From: a virus
Lineage: Duplodnaviria > Caudoviricetes
Direction: 5' to 3' (one strand)
Length of the DNA: 53,258 bases
IMG/VR virus record: IMGVR_UViG_3300036046_000007
Coordinates: 1-53,258 of that record
Below, piece by piece: positions 44,743 through 53,257 of the stretch. A model generated the notes under the pieces. That model did not search any database, was not told the DNA's origin, and was given only the letters and a program-made list of their open reading frames with translations. How positions within the stretch are numbered: the first letter of the stretch is position 1; every line of letters begins with the position of its first letter. A program made the translations under genes and the position numbers.

Positions 44743-45221
44743 GCGTCGGCTTCCTGGCCAGCCTGGCGGAAGAGACCCATCTTCCCGGACTGCTCGCGGA
44801 TATCCGCGAAGAGCTCGGGCAGCGCCTGGAAGGTCGCGACCACGTTCTCGACGTTGAAGGGGAGGACATCACCGTCCGGGCCTTCGATGCCCTGGACGAA
44901 CACGGTGTTGCCATCACCCTCAGTCATCAGCTGCAGCGGCTCGACCGGCTTGCCCTTGTCGTCGGCCTTGACGCGGACGGACCACATCAGAACGACGCCT
45001 TCAGCATAGGCTTCGCGCATCAGCGCTTCGGCACGCTTGTTGTCGAGGCTCTCGGTCTGCACGGCGCGGCGCACCGGCTTCATCTTGGCTTCCAGCACGC
45101 GGGCAAACTTCTTGTTGCCGCCGCCCGCGCGGGCTACCTTGACGATGAAGTCACCGTAGTTGAGATCGATGCCTTCCTTCTCCAGGTCGGTATCGGTCTT
45201 GAACTGCTTATACATGGACAT
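44733..45221 (-). CDS. tail assembly chaperone (lambda gpG-like)
   Basis: Follows the tail tube gene; KVARAGGGNKKF; ends GCG GGA AAC TGA. Confidence 0.85.
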   Translation of the reverse strand: MSMYKQFKTDTDLEKEGIDLNYGDFIVKVARAGGGNKKFARVLEAKMKPVRRAVQTESLDNKRAEALMREAYAEGVVLMWSVRVKADDKGKPVEPLQLMTEGDGNTVFVQGIEGPDGDVLPFNVENVVATFQALPELFADIREQSGKMGLFRQAGQEADAGN

Positions 45222-45277
45222 GGTGTGAGCGCTCCTTCTCACAGGTGGGTGGGGGCACGGCCCGGCCCCCGTAGGGA

Positions 45278-46801
45278 TCAGCTATCGGCCGCATCCGGCA
45301 GATAGTCGAAGAACACCAGCATGAGGGTGTAGTCGAGATTGGCGTCGATACTCGCGGCAGTCGCAGCGTCCATCGAAAGCGGCAGGGTGATTGCCTGGTC
45401 CTGCTCGATGTTGGCCCGACCATCGCCCAGGGAGATGAGCGGCAGGTCGACGATCCAGCCCGCGTTGTTCTTCACGGCGGCGAAGTCCAGCGTGACGCTG
45501 GAGTTGGCGCGCACCGCAGCCATCGCGGAGACGTTCGAGAAGTAGGCGGTCACGTTGCCGGACACCTGGAAGGTGCCGACGATCGTGTCGAAGCCACCGA
45601 GCACGCCCACCGCCTTGGCGGCGGACACGTTGTTGTTGATTGCCACCGAGAGCTCGGTCACGAACGCAAACAGCGGCGTGGGGGCCTCGTTGCCAGCGAT
45701 CACCACGGCCATGTTCAGGCGAGTGATATCCGAACTGGTATTGAAGGCATCCGCCTCTACCAGCGCCGGGCGGGTGCCGCTCTTGACGCCGGTCGCGGCA
45801 TCGCGGGTCTCGTAGTCCAGGCCCACGAAGGCCAGATCTGCGGTCACCTTGTCGGCGGTCGGGATATTGAGCGTGAACTCATTCGGGACCGCGCCGACCA
45901 GATATTCGCTCTGGATCTGAGTGGGCTGGCTATCATCCGGGGCACCAAGGGTGCGCTCCAGCTGATAGGTCCGGCGCTTGATGAGCGAGCCCGTCTCGTT
46001 CTTGAGCACCCGGCCCAGGAACACTCGGATGGTCTTGCCGGTGCCAGCATCGGTGACCATGGCGCTGTCGCTCTTGTCGAGCGTGATGGCGTTGGTCGAG
46101 ACCGAACGGACGCGCTTGAAGCCGTTGTTGGCGGCGGTGGCGAACTGCGTGCCAACAGCATCGCCGCCGATGTAGATCCACTCGCCAGGGATCACGCCTA
46201 GCTCAGTCAGATCCTTGGTGGTCGAGACCAGAGCGGGCAGGGAGCCGGAAGCATCGATCTCCAGGTCCGCGGAAGCGCCCTGGAAGCCCACGACGGTGAG
46301 CGTGCCGTCCGGCGAAGCATCGTCGACCAGGCTGCTGGTCGTGCCGACGGAAGTATCTGCCGTGACTGCATCGAGGTAGTGCACCCCGTTGTTGGCGTCG
46401 TCAGCGAAGCCGGTCGCCAGGACCAGGCTACCGACGTAGAAGCCCTCGGTGTCAGCGACATCGAACTCATCGTCGGTGCCGTCCACATTAGTCGGCTCTT
46501 CGACACCCTTGGCACGCGCGTCGGCGAACATGAAGCCCTGGAGGAGATCCTGAAGGTTGGTCTGGGTCAGGTCCGAGGAGAAACCACCCGCCGTTTCCAG
46601 GTCAGTGATCACACCCTTCTTGCGCTGGCGCGAGGGGTTGATGGGGTTGCGCGCAACCATCGACAGATTGCCGCCGAAGTCGTTGTAGCTGTTCGGCTCC
46701 AGTGGATACCACACCGGGCTGCCGGGAAGGGTCTTGAGCGACGCCTCCTCGGCGTAGCGCAGCCCCGTGATGTTGCCGTCGATCTTGTTTACTTGGGCCA
46801 C
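45278..46801 (-). CDS. major tail tube protein
   Basis: 507 aa, [11 protein letters not shown]...[13 protein letters not shown]; follows the terminator gene. Confidence 0.88.
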   Translation of the reverse strand: MAQVNKIDGNITGLRYAEEASLKTLPGSPVWYPLEPNSYNDFGGNLSMVARNPINPSRQRKKGVITDLETAGGFSSDLTQTNLQDLLQGFMFADARAKGVEEPTNVDGTDDEFDVADTEGFYVGSLVLATGFADDANNGVHYLDAVTADTSVGTTSSLVDDASPDGTLTVVGFQGASADLEIDASGSLPALVSTTKDLTELGVIPGEWIYIGGDAVGTQFATAANNGFKRVRSVSTNAITLDKSDSAMVTDAGTGKTIRVFLGRVLKNETGSLIKRRTYQLERTLGAPDDSQPTQIQSEYLVGAVPNEFTLNIPTADKVTADLAFVGLDYETRDAATGVKSGTRPALVEADAFNTSSDITRLNMAVVIAGNEAPTPLFAFVTELSVAINNNVSAAKAVGVLGGFDTIVGTFQVSGNVTAYFSNVSAMAAVRANSSVTLDFAAVKNNAGWIVDLPLISLGDGRANIEQDQAITLPLSMDAATAASIDANLDYTLMLVFFDYLPDAADS

Positions 46802-46810
46802 ACTTGCCTC

Positions 46811-47239
46811 CTACCGGATCTCGTCATACTCAAAGTCAGCCAGCACATTGAACTGCTGCCAATTGCCGTCCACGCCAACCTCGCGCAGTCGGACATCACG
46901 GAACCAAACGCCCCCTGCTGTCGTCTTGCCCTCGAAGGCTCTCATGGCGACTATAGCCATCTCATCGAGCCGAGACAATCCCTCGTTTGCAGGTGCGAAT
47001 AGCTGCACGAAGATGGTCCCTTCGCGCCGCCAACGGCGGACACCACCAATGCTGGCCAGCGTGGCTTGCCCGCCATCGGCGTGGCGCACAGAGAAGCGAG
47101 CCCAGGGGGAGCGGGCGGCACCTACCGGCTCTCCAACGTCATCCCACATGACCGGGAAAGCGGCATACGCCGAGGCTTCCCAGGCATCATTGAACAGCGT
47201 GGACATCTCGTCGCGGGCTTGGGTGATCGTGAGGCTCAT
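46811..47239 (-). CDS. tail terminator protein
   Basis: PWARFSV...GTIFVQLFAP..G...WQQFNV..DFEYD. Confidence 0.82.
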   Translation of the reverse strand: MSLTITQARDEMSTLFNDAWEASAYAAFPVMWDDVGEPVGAARSPWARFSVRHADGGQATLASIGGVRRWRREGTIFVQLFAPANEGLSRLDEMAIVAMRAFEGKTTAGGVWFRDVRLREVGVDGNWQQFNVLADFEYDEIR

Positions 47240-47640
47240 GCTTCCACCCCGATGAAGTAGAGCAAGGTCTTGTCCGCTGGGCGGAGCGTGTCGAGCTCCA
47301 CGATGCGGAACACAGAACTGCCATCGACCAGCTCATCATAGCCGGACAGATCTTCCGGCCCACCTTCAGCAGTGGCCGCGATATATACCGCCGAGAGCCG
47401 CTGGGCCAGCTCATCGTTGGCCAACATGCGTCCACCGAGATTGATCATGGACGCGGGCGGCACAGATACCGCGCTCAGCGTCACCTCCTGGGCAGCGCTC
47501 ACCCCACCCCCGGTCGCGCCGCGCCAGGGCTTGGAGGGATCTGCAGCGGACGTGCCGAGGCGGCGGACCACTACGTCCTTGCCCGCGTTGTCGACCAGGC
47601 GACGCGCCGTGGCGGCCAGGGCATCATAGTCGATGGCCAT
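47236..47640 (-). CDS. head closure/stopper protein
   Basis: MAIDYDALAATARRLV...G; lies between the adaptor and terminator genes. Confidence 0.78.
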   Translation of the reverse strand: MAIDYDALAATARRLVDNAGKDVVVRRLGTSAADPSKPWRGATGGGVSAAQEVTLSAVSVPPASMINLGGRMLANDELAQRLSAVYIAATAEGGPEDLSGYDELVDGSSVFRIVELDTLRPADKTLLYFIGVEA

Positions 47641-48164
47641 CAGCGATACACATACCGTCCCGGTCGGCCAACGAGCATGGCGATCATGCGGTCGGCCAAC
47701 GGGTAGGCCCGTAGAAGCGGCGTCTGCTGGGAGACGTCTGCATAGGTGGTTTCAGTCTCGATGGGACCAACACGCTCGCGCACACCGGTCACGAACCCAG
47801 AGGAGCCGGGCACCGTCGGGTCAGGCAAAAGCTCTGAGGTGAGCGCGCGCAGCGCGTATTCGGCGGTGGCGCGCTTGAGGAGCTCCGGAATGCCAGTAAC
47901 GAGCAGACCATTGCGGTCATAGAGGTAGAGCCGGGGGAAGCTCAGGGCCTGCAGAGGGTCCGTGAATTCAACGCGGCCCAAGAACTTATCGGCCCACCTG
48001 GTCTCGATGTAGTCGGTCGCGCGAACGATGGCCTGCTCCTTGGCAGTATCGTCGCCCGTCCATTCCGCATTGCCTCGCTCGGCGTGATAGGTATCGGCGT
48101 AGGAGATGGTGATGTAGGCGTTGGCTCCAGCTACTCCGGTGCCATCCTCGACCGTGAAAGCCAT
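47640..48164 (-). CDS. head-tail adaptor (DnaT-like domain)
   Basis: VEDGTGVAGANAY...RATDYIE...QALSFPR...VGPIET. Confidence 0.85.
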   Translation of the reverse strand: MAFTVEDGTGVAGANAYITISYADTYHAERGNAEWTGDDTAKEQAIVRATDYIETRWADKFLGRVEFTDPLQALSFPRLYLYDRNGLLVTGIPELLKRATAEYALRALTSELLPDPTVPGSSGFVTGVRERVGPIETETTYADVSQQTPLLRAYPLADRMIAMLVGRPGRYVYR

Positions 48165-48171
48165 TGCTCAC

Positions 48172-48297
48172 CTACTCCTCAGTCTCCTCCTCTGCCGCCG
48201 CCTGGCGAAGAAGCCGGGCACGCTCCCGGATATGATAAAGCACGGCTTGGAGGCGACCTGCCCACCTGCCTCGCAGGGTTGCAAATCGCCTCGCCAC
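48172..48297 (-). CDS. possible small protein (41 aa)
   Basis: Hand-translated GTG-start ORF exactly filling the gap (VARRFATLRG...AAAEEETEE); weak RBS. Confidence 0.4.
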   Translation of the reverse strand: MARRFATLRGRWAGRLQAVLYHIRERARLLRQAAAEEETEE

Positions 48298-48300
48298 CTG

Positions 48301-49266
48301 TTACTCGGCCTTCGGGAGATCGCGGCGCGGGCGCGGGCGGGTAGCCAGCGACTGATCGAGCGGGCTGGAGCCGATGCCGCGCGACTGCATGGCGAGCTCA
48401 CGAGCCAGACGATCGTCCCCGGCGCGCTCGGCGCGGGCAGCGGTCTGCCGCTTGATGAAGGCCAGACGATCCTTCATGTCGGCCTGGGGATCGACCTTGC
48501 GGTCCCGGCGCTCCACGAGGGCATCGCGCTGGGCGCGCACTCGCTCCGCGCGGCGGCGGCGCTCGTTGAGCTCCTCCTCCTCGGCGGCGAGCTGCTCGTC
48601 CAGCTTGGCCAGCTCAGCATCGAGATCGTCGATCTCGCCCTGGTCCTTTTCCGAAGCATCGTCCGGATTGGTCCGCTCCAGCTCGTTCATTTCCTCGTCG
48701 GCGCTGTCGGGCTCGAAGCCCGCGCGGCGCGCGGCGTCTTCGTCATTGGTCTGACGATTGGACGTGATCGAGCCATCCGCATTCTGTGGAGGCGGCATGT
48801 CCGACGTGCCAGCAAGCTGCTCGTTCTCGCGCGACGCAGTGGGCTCGCCATCGGCGTCCACATGCAGCGCTTCATCCGAGCGACCTTCGTTGCGGTCGTT
48901 CTCCGCCGAAGCAGTCAGGGTGCCGTCGGCATCCTGGCGCTCGCCCGGCTTGGCCTCGCGGACGTTCTCCTGGGTATCGTCACCCTTGATCTCGTCGTTG
49001 GTCTCGCCGGGCATCGTCGGATTGGGATCTGCGTCCGTCCCCTGGGCAGTGGTGCCCGAGGGCTCAGGGGCCTCGCCCTTCTCCGTGGACGGGTTGTCCT
49101 TGGTGAAGTTGGGCGCGGCCTTCGAGACTTCAGCGCGCGTCAGCTCGCTGTTGCCGGTCATTTCATGGAGCACGTCCATGCGCGGGAGCCCATCGGCGGT
49201 CCAGTGATCCGCGTTCTTGGTGTCCAGCTTCTTGAGAGCCTGCTCCAGGGTCACCGTCTTCGCCAT
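48301..49266 (-). CDS. acidic, largely disordered head-associated protein
   Basis: LDTKNADHWTADGLP N-terminal module, D/E-rich linker, coiled-coil C-terminus. Confidence 0.75.
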   Translation of the reverse strand: MAKTVTLEQALKKLDTKNADHWTADGLPRMDVLHEMTGNSELTRAEVSKAAPNFTKDNPSTEKGEAPEPSGTTAQGTDADPNPTMPGETNDEIKGDDTQENVREAKPGERQDADGTLTASAENDRNEGRSDEALHVDADGEPTASRENEQLAGTSDMPPPQNADGSITSNRQTNDEDAARRAGFEPDSADEEMNELERTNPDDASEKDQGEIDDLDAELAKLDEQLAAEEEELNERRRRAERVRAQRDALVERRDRKVDPQADMKDRLAFIKRQTAARAERAGDDRLARELAMQSRGIGSSPLDQSLATRPRPRRDLPKAE

Positions 49267-49278
49267 TATGCTCGCTCC

Positions 49279-49797
49279 TTAGTCGTCGCCCAGCACGATG
49301 TAGGCGATGTCCACCGTACCAGTGACGGTGATGTCCACGTCCTCGCCGTTGGTCACCTCATCGGCGTCCAGCAAGACGTTCAGGTTGACCTCCATGTCGC
49401 CAGCCGTGTTGTCGATGATCGCCTGGGTGGCGTTCGTCGCACGAACATTCGCCGACACCTCAGCGGTGGCGGCGGGGATGGGAGTAGAGGCGATGATGTT
49501 GGCCTCGTTGGTGTCCGACAGGTCGTTGTCCGCCGTCGGCGCGGTGCCGATGGAGTAGTCGCCCTGGAAGTCGTTCGCCAGATTGGCCGAAGTCGGGCCG
49601 GTGAAGGTCAGGTTCGATACAGCGCCCAGGAGGAGAATGTTGCCCTCGGGCAGGCCCTCCAGAGCCTTGGTGGCGAACACAGCCGCGCCGGTCGCGCCAG
49701 TGAAAGTCAGCGCCTCGTCCAGGGTTAGCCGGATCGTGTTGCTGTCCTTCTTGGCCTTGTTTCCGCGAGCCAGACCGCGAGGATATCCCTTTGCCAT
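49279..49797 (-). CDS. virion structural protein (capsid decoration-like)
   Basis: 172 aa directly after the capsid gene; GLPEGNILLLGAV...YIVLGDD. Confidence 0.75.
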   Translation of the reverse strand: MAKGYPRGLARGNKAKKDSNTIRLTLDEALTFTGATGAAVFATKALEGLPEGNILLLGAVSNLTFTGPTSANLANDFQGDYSIGTAPTADNDLSDTNEANIIASTPIPAATAEVSANVRATNATQAIIDNTAGDMEVNLNVLLDADEVTNGEDVDITVTGTVDIAYIVLGDD

Positions 49798-49815
49798 CTC
49801 TGTTCCTTTCAGCTT

Positions 49816-49836
49816 GGGGGAGGACAAGCCTCCCCC
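49816..49836 (-). terminator. GC hairpin after the capsid gene (weak terminator or processing site)
   Basis: GGGGGAGG/CCTCCCCC 8-bp stem with no U tract. Confidence 0.4.
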
Positions 49837-49844
49837 GCGCTCAG

Positions 49845-50897
49845 TTAGGCTTCGCGGGTGATCAGTCGGGCGATCTTGATCATCTTGCGATCAGAGAACA
49901 CACGCTGCCAGCTCGCGGCGTTGGCCAGGTTGTTGGAAGTCGAGGCGTTGCTCGGGCCACCGTTGGGCGGCGTGCCGGCATACTTGTGACCCACCGGGTG
50001 GATCATCCACTCGACGCGGTTGTAGAGCGTCTCCGCGCCACCGCCGTTGCCCGCGCCGGGCAGACGGTGGATCTCGGTCGGCACCTCCGGCGAGCCCATG
50101 CCGAGCCGCACCGCACCAGCCCCGAAGATCCAGGTCTGGTAGATGTTGCCGCTGTGGGGCACGTTGTCATCGATGATGACCTGCTTGCCGAGGAAGGTCG
50201 GGATGGTGACCTGACCATTGCTGTCCGGGATGAAGTCGATCAGGTTGTTCTTCTGCATCCGGTTGTAAACAACCGAGTGCACCATGACCAGACCGAGGCC
50301 ATCCTGGCTGTCGCCGAGGGTGAGGCCCGCGTCGAGGAACGCCTCCGCAGAGAAGTCCGTGACACCGGCGGAGTAGCTCGCGCCGGAAATGTCGTTGGTC
50401 ATGTCGCCCTGAACGTGCTCGGAGCCGCTCGGAGCCGCATCGTTGTCGGCGAAGACGCCGGTCATGGTCGCGATAAACGCGGCCTGGAGACGACGGGTCC
50501 AGTAGGCACCGACGCGCGCAGCGATCGCGGAAGCCGGATCGGCACCGGCCAGCGTCGACGCAAGGTCGGCAGTGGCCCAGCTCTGGTTACGGCTGAGCCG
50601 CACCGCGAGCTCGGTGTCGCTTTCGATCTTCTGGGGATCGGGGTCAGCGACGCCGTTGGTGTATTCGGCCGGAACGCTGTCGGTCGAGACGCGCTCGGCG
50701 TCATCGTCCAGATCGCGCCACGACGGCACGTTGAAAGTGAGACCGCCTCCAGCGAGCATCGCGTCCAGCTGGGCATCGCGAACGATCGCGCCGCTGGCAA
50801 TCAGCCGAGACTTGGTCTCGGTGAGCTGCTGCGAGTACGGGGTGAAGATCTCGGGAACGACGACGTCCGAGATCTGGGTAATGGGTCCTGCGGCCAT
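49845..50897 (-). CDS. major capsid protein
   Basis: TQISDVVVPEIFTPY, MHSVVY, IPTFLGKQVIIDD, HPVG; follows the scaffold gene. Confidence 0.93.
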   Translation of the reverse strand: MAAGPITQISDVVVPEIFTPYSQQLTETKSRLIASGAIVRDAQLDAMLAGGGLTFNVPSWRDLDDDAERVSTDSVPAEYTNGVADPDPQKIESDTELAVRLSRNQSWATADLASTLAGADPASAIAARVGAYWTRRLQAAFIATMTGVFADNDAAPSGSEHVQGDMTNDISGASYSAGVTDFSAEAFLDAGLTLGDSQDGLGLVMVHSVVYNRMQKNNLIDFIPDSNGQVTIPTFLGKQVIIDDNVPHSGNIYQTWIFGAGAVRLGMGSPEVPTEIHRLPGAGNGGGAETLYNRVEWMIHPVGHKYAGTPPNGGPSNASTSNNLANAASWQRVFSDRKMIKIARLITREA

Positions 50898-50991
50898 GAC
50901 TGGCTCCCTCTAGTGAAAGCGAGATCTCGGAGCCACCGCCGCATGGCCTGGTCTCCCTGTTCGGAGCAACCCTGAGCCATGTCACGACTGC

Positions 50992-51033
50992 CCCAGATGA
51001 CAGCTGTATAGTGTCATCTGGGACGTCGGGCAA
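50992..51033 (-). promoter_or_regulatory. promoter TTGCCC-N17-TATACA with an 11-bp inverted repeat around the -10 box
   Basis: CCCAGATGACA-N9-TGTCATCTGGG (50992-51022); -35 at 51028-51033. Confidence 0.6.
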
Positions 51034-51042
51034 CTAGAAATC

Positions 51043-51852
51043 TTACGAAGCGGGCATCGGCCCACCAACCGTGGTCCCAGCCAGCTTGGCAAGGCGCTCC
51101 GCGTTCTCAGGATTTTCGCGGAACAGGCGACCCTGCTCGGTCATGTTCCACTGATCCTTCTTCCAGGGGTTCTTGGTGGAGCTGCCGCCGCCACCGCCGC
51201 CACCCGCGCCGCCGCCTTCACTCGCAGGCCACCAGTGCGGACGCCGCTCCTGCATCTCCTGGAGCCAGGCTGCCGGATCGACGCCGGGCGTTACGCCCAT
51301 GCCATCCTTGGCCGTGACGGTGCCGTCCTCGTTGACTTCGAAGACCCGCTCAGCGAGCATGATGACATCGTCCAGGGCGGTGTCGACCACCTTGCCCTTA
51401 ACCGCCGCATCCATCACCTTGGACTTGATGTCGCGGCTGCGGATCTCGTTGCGGGCGGTGTCGGCTTCGGCCTTGGCCTCATCGCGCTCCTTGATGGCGC
51501 GATCGCGTTCCCGTTCGACCGGGGCGAGCTTGGTGCGGATGCGTCCTTCGACGATCTCCTCGATCTTGGCCTCGTCGAGCTTGTCGCCCGCCGCCGCTTC
51601 CAGCTCCGGAAGGCGGTCCAGCTGGGCATGGACTTCCTCGGGATCGAGGTCATTGAACAGCGCCAGCTTGTCCTTGGTCTTCTTGTGCTCGTCGCGCTCC
51701 TTGTTCAGCGCGGTCTGCACCCGCTCCACATCGGCTGGGGTCTTGATCCCTTCGATGCCGGTGAGCTCCCACTTCCCGTTCCGCTCGGTGAAGAGATCGC
51801 GATACTGTTCGGGAATGTCGTCCTGGTTATCGTAGATCGTCTTGAGAGCCAT
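51043..51852 (-). CDS. capsid scaffolding protein
   Basis: Coiled-coil, PHWWPAS.GGGAGG...KNPW...NMTEQ; directly precedes the capsid gene. Confidence 0.88.
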   Translation of the reverse strand: MALKTIYDNQDDIPEQYRDLFTERNGKWELTGIEGIKTPADVERVQTALNKERDEHKKTKDKLALFNDLDPEEVHAQLDRLPELEAAAGDKLDEAKIEEIVEGRIRTKLAPVERERDRAIKERDEAKAEADTARNEIRSRDIKSKVMDAAVKGKVVDTALDDVIMLAERVFEVNEDGTVTAKDGMGVTPGVDPAAWLQEMQERRPHWWPASEGGGAGGGGGGGSSTKNPWKKDQWNMTEQGRLFRENPENAERLAKLAGTTVGGPMPAS

Positions 51853-51914
51853 GTCTCAATCTCCTGATTATCGGCACATGCCGTGTCACCTCCGGCCATC
51901 CGGCGGCTGATCGG

Positions 51915-51986
51915 GATATAGGCCCAGGGGAGCTCGGAGGGCAAGGGCAAAAGATGATTGCCGTGGAAGGCAAGGCTGGGCATAGA
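51915..51986. promoter_or_regulatory. back-to-back divergent promoters (minus: TTGCCC-N18-TATATC; plus: TTGCCG-N17-CATAGA)
   Basis: Both resemble the recurring TTGCC consensus; the plus-strand one would start at about 51993, ahead of the tmRNA. Confidence 0.5.
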
Positions 51987-51992
51987 GGCTGG

Positions 51993-52415
51993 ACCGGCCC
52001 CTCGAAGGGGAGACCCCTCGGGTAAGCCTCCCTGGAGAGGGGCCGGTATGGCCGTAACACGGTCTGCTGATTGATGCGTGAGGACGCGGGGGCAGTACCC
52101 GCCACCTCCACCATCGGCACAGAGGGCTGTCCAGATAGCGAGGGGCAGCAGCGTATGGGAAGTAGCTGGTCTGGTCGCGTTCCCCTTGGGAAACCTTGCT
52201 GCGACAGAGCCTCATGGGGGTAACGCGCCCACTGTGCCGTTGACGGGGGTGAACTAGGATCGACTGCGCGGAGAGATGTAGGACGCGGCCCGTTAGGTCA
52301 GCCCGTTATGCTGGCAAGAAGACTTAACTGTCAACGACAACGACGAGGGCACTGCTCTCCGCCTGGCGGCGTAAATTCACAGGGGCGGGTACTGCCTGGC
52401 AACAGAAGTGCCACC
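51993..52415 (+). ncRNA. ssrA: circularly permuted two-piece tmRNA (alphaproteobacterial type)
   Basis: Acceptor piece: T-arm GCGGG-GGCAGTA-CCCGC then CACCTCC-A-CCA ending at 52113. Coding piece starts GGGGGTG AACTAGGATCGAC at 52245, giving a 7-bp acceptor stem with G3.U70. Tag 52330-52374 reads VNDNDEGTALRLAA*. 3' CCTGGCAACAGAA motif present. Outer ends approximate. Confidence 0.93.
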
Positions 52416-52418
52416 TGA

Positions 52419-52488
52419 AGGAGAGCCACAGTGGGACAGGGGGCTCATAACCCCCGCGTCGTTGGTGCAAATCCAGCCTCCCCTACCA
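52419..52488 (+). tRNA. atypical tRNA with CAT anticodon (fMet-like), shortened D region
   Basis: GGGGG-CTCATAA-CCCCC anticodon arm, GTTGG-TGCAAAT-CCAGC T arm, AGGAGAG/CTCCCCT acceptor stem (6 of 7 pairs), encoded ACCA; only 70 nt. Confidence 0.7.
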
Positions 52489-52595
52489 TTCTCGTTGGCA
52501 CGAGACGCGGGCCAGGCCAGATCTCCCTGCCTGGCCCGCAACCTCCTAGCCCCATGACCGTTGATCTCCCGAGGAGCTCTGAAGGAGAGACCATC

Positions 52596-52751
52596 ATGGC
52601 AGATGCTAACAGCCAAGGCGCGCCGAAGCCCGACATGAGCAAGGCTCGGTCGAAGCCCACTCGTGCTCCCAAGCCGAGCACCAAGCCTGCGAAGTCCGGC
52701 AATGCGTCGGGCAGCGAAGTGTCGACGGGCGGCAAGCCGCGCGTCAGTTAA
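52596..52751 (+). CDS. small Lys/Pro/Ser-rich basic protein (51 aa)
   Basis: GAAGGAG RBS; MADANSQGAPKPDMSKARSKP...; stop overlaps the convergent stop of the head morphogenesis gene. Confidence 0.6.
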   Translation: MADANSQGAPKPDMSKARSKPTRAPKPSTKPAKSGNASGSEVSTGGKPRVS

Positions 52752-53257
52752 TCTCGGAAGCCCTTCGGGTCCAGTCCTGCGGCCCTGAAGGCGTCCTCAT
52801 GAAGGGTGGCGAGCTGGCTGAGCGTCAGCTCGTCGCCCCTCCGGTTCACGAACTTGTCGAGCGTCAGTCCACCCCGGCGGAATAGCGCCGCGCGGGTCGG
52901 CCCCAGCACATCGTCCTGGAAGGCCGCGCTCTGAGTCGAGAGCCATTCCTGGTAGGTGGTGCGGCCCGGCACCCGGCCCGTCAGCTCCCGAACGCGGCGG
53001 CGAGCGAATTGGTCGAACGCGGTCTTGTGACCGTAGGGCAGACCGTCACGGGTCTTGGGCACCTTCAGCCCGTTCTGCTCGGCATATTCGCGCAGCACCT
53101 GGGCGCGGGTTGCCGCCACGAAGGGACGCGAGCCCAGGGCATCGCCGTCGAGCACCGGCACGCGCAGCGAGCGGCAGTTGAAGTGCAGCGGGGGGATCGG
53201 CCCCTTGCCCACGTCGAAGCGCTCGCCATCGTAGGAGCGACAGACCGGCGTGGTGCG
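52748..53257 (-). CDS. head morphogenesis protein (SPP1 gp7/Mu F-like), 5' end outside the window
   Basis: RTTPVCRSYDG...PPLHFNCRS...TYQEWL..Q...FQDDVLG; frame open to the window edge. Confidence 0.9.
   Translation of the reverse strand, partial: RTTPVCRSYDGERFDVGKGPIPPLHFNCRSLRVPVLDGDALGSRPFVAATRAQVLREYAEQNGLKVPKTRDGLPYGHKTAFDQFARRRVRELTGRVPGRTTYQEWLSTQSAAFQDDVLGPTRAALFRRGGLTLDKFVNRRGDELTLSQLATLHEDAFRAAGLDPKGFRD

Noticed and set aside
4855-49728. Long plus-strand ORFs such as 4855-6768, 8574-10892, 12391-14625, 41938-43752 and 48121-49728
   Set aside because: They mirror motif-bearing minus-strand genes, as expected in high-GC DNA, and carry no recognisable motifs.
52114-52244. RNase P RNA, SRP RNA or hammerhead ribozyme within the tmRNA spacer
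   Set aside because: Too short for rnpB, and the diagnostic SRP or hammerhead core motifs were not found by eye.
51705-52735. Minus-strand ORFs across the RNA island (51705-51983, 51827-52120, 51886-52215, 52377-52616, 52445-52735)
   Set aside because: They have no recognisable motifs, and the region is explained by the plus-strand tmRNA, tRNA and small ORF.
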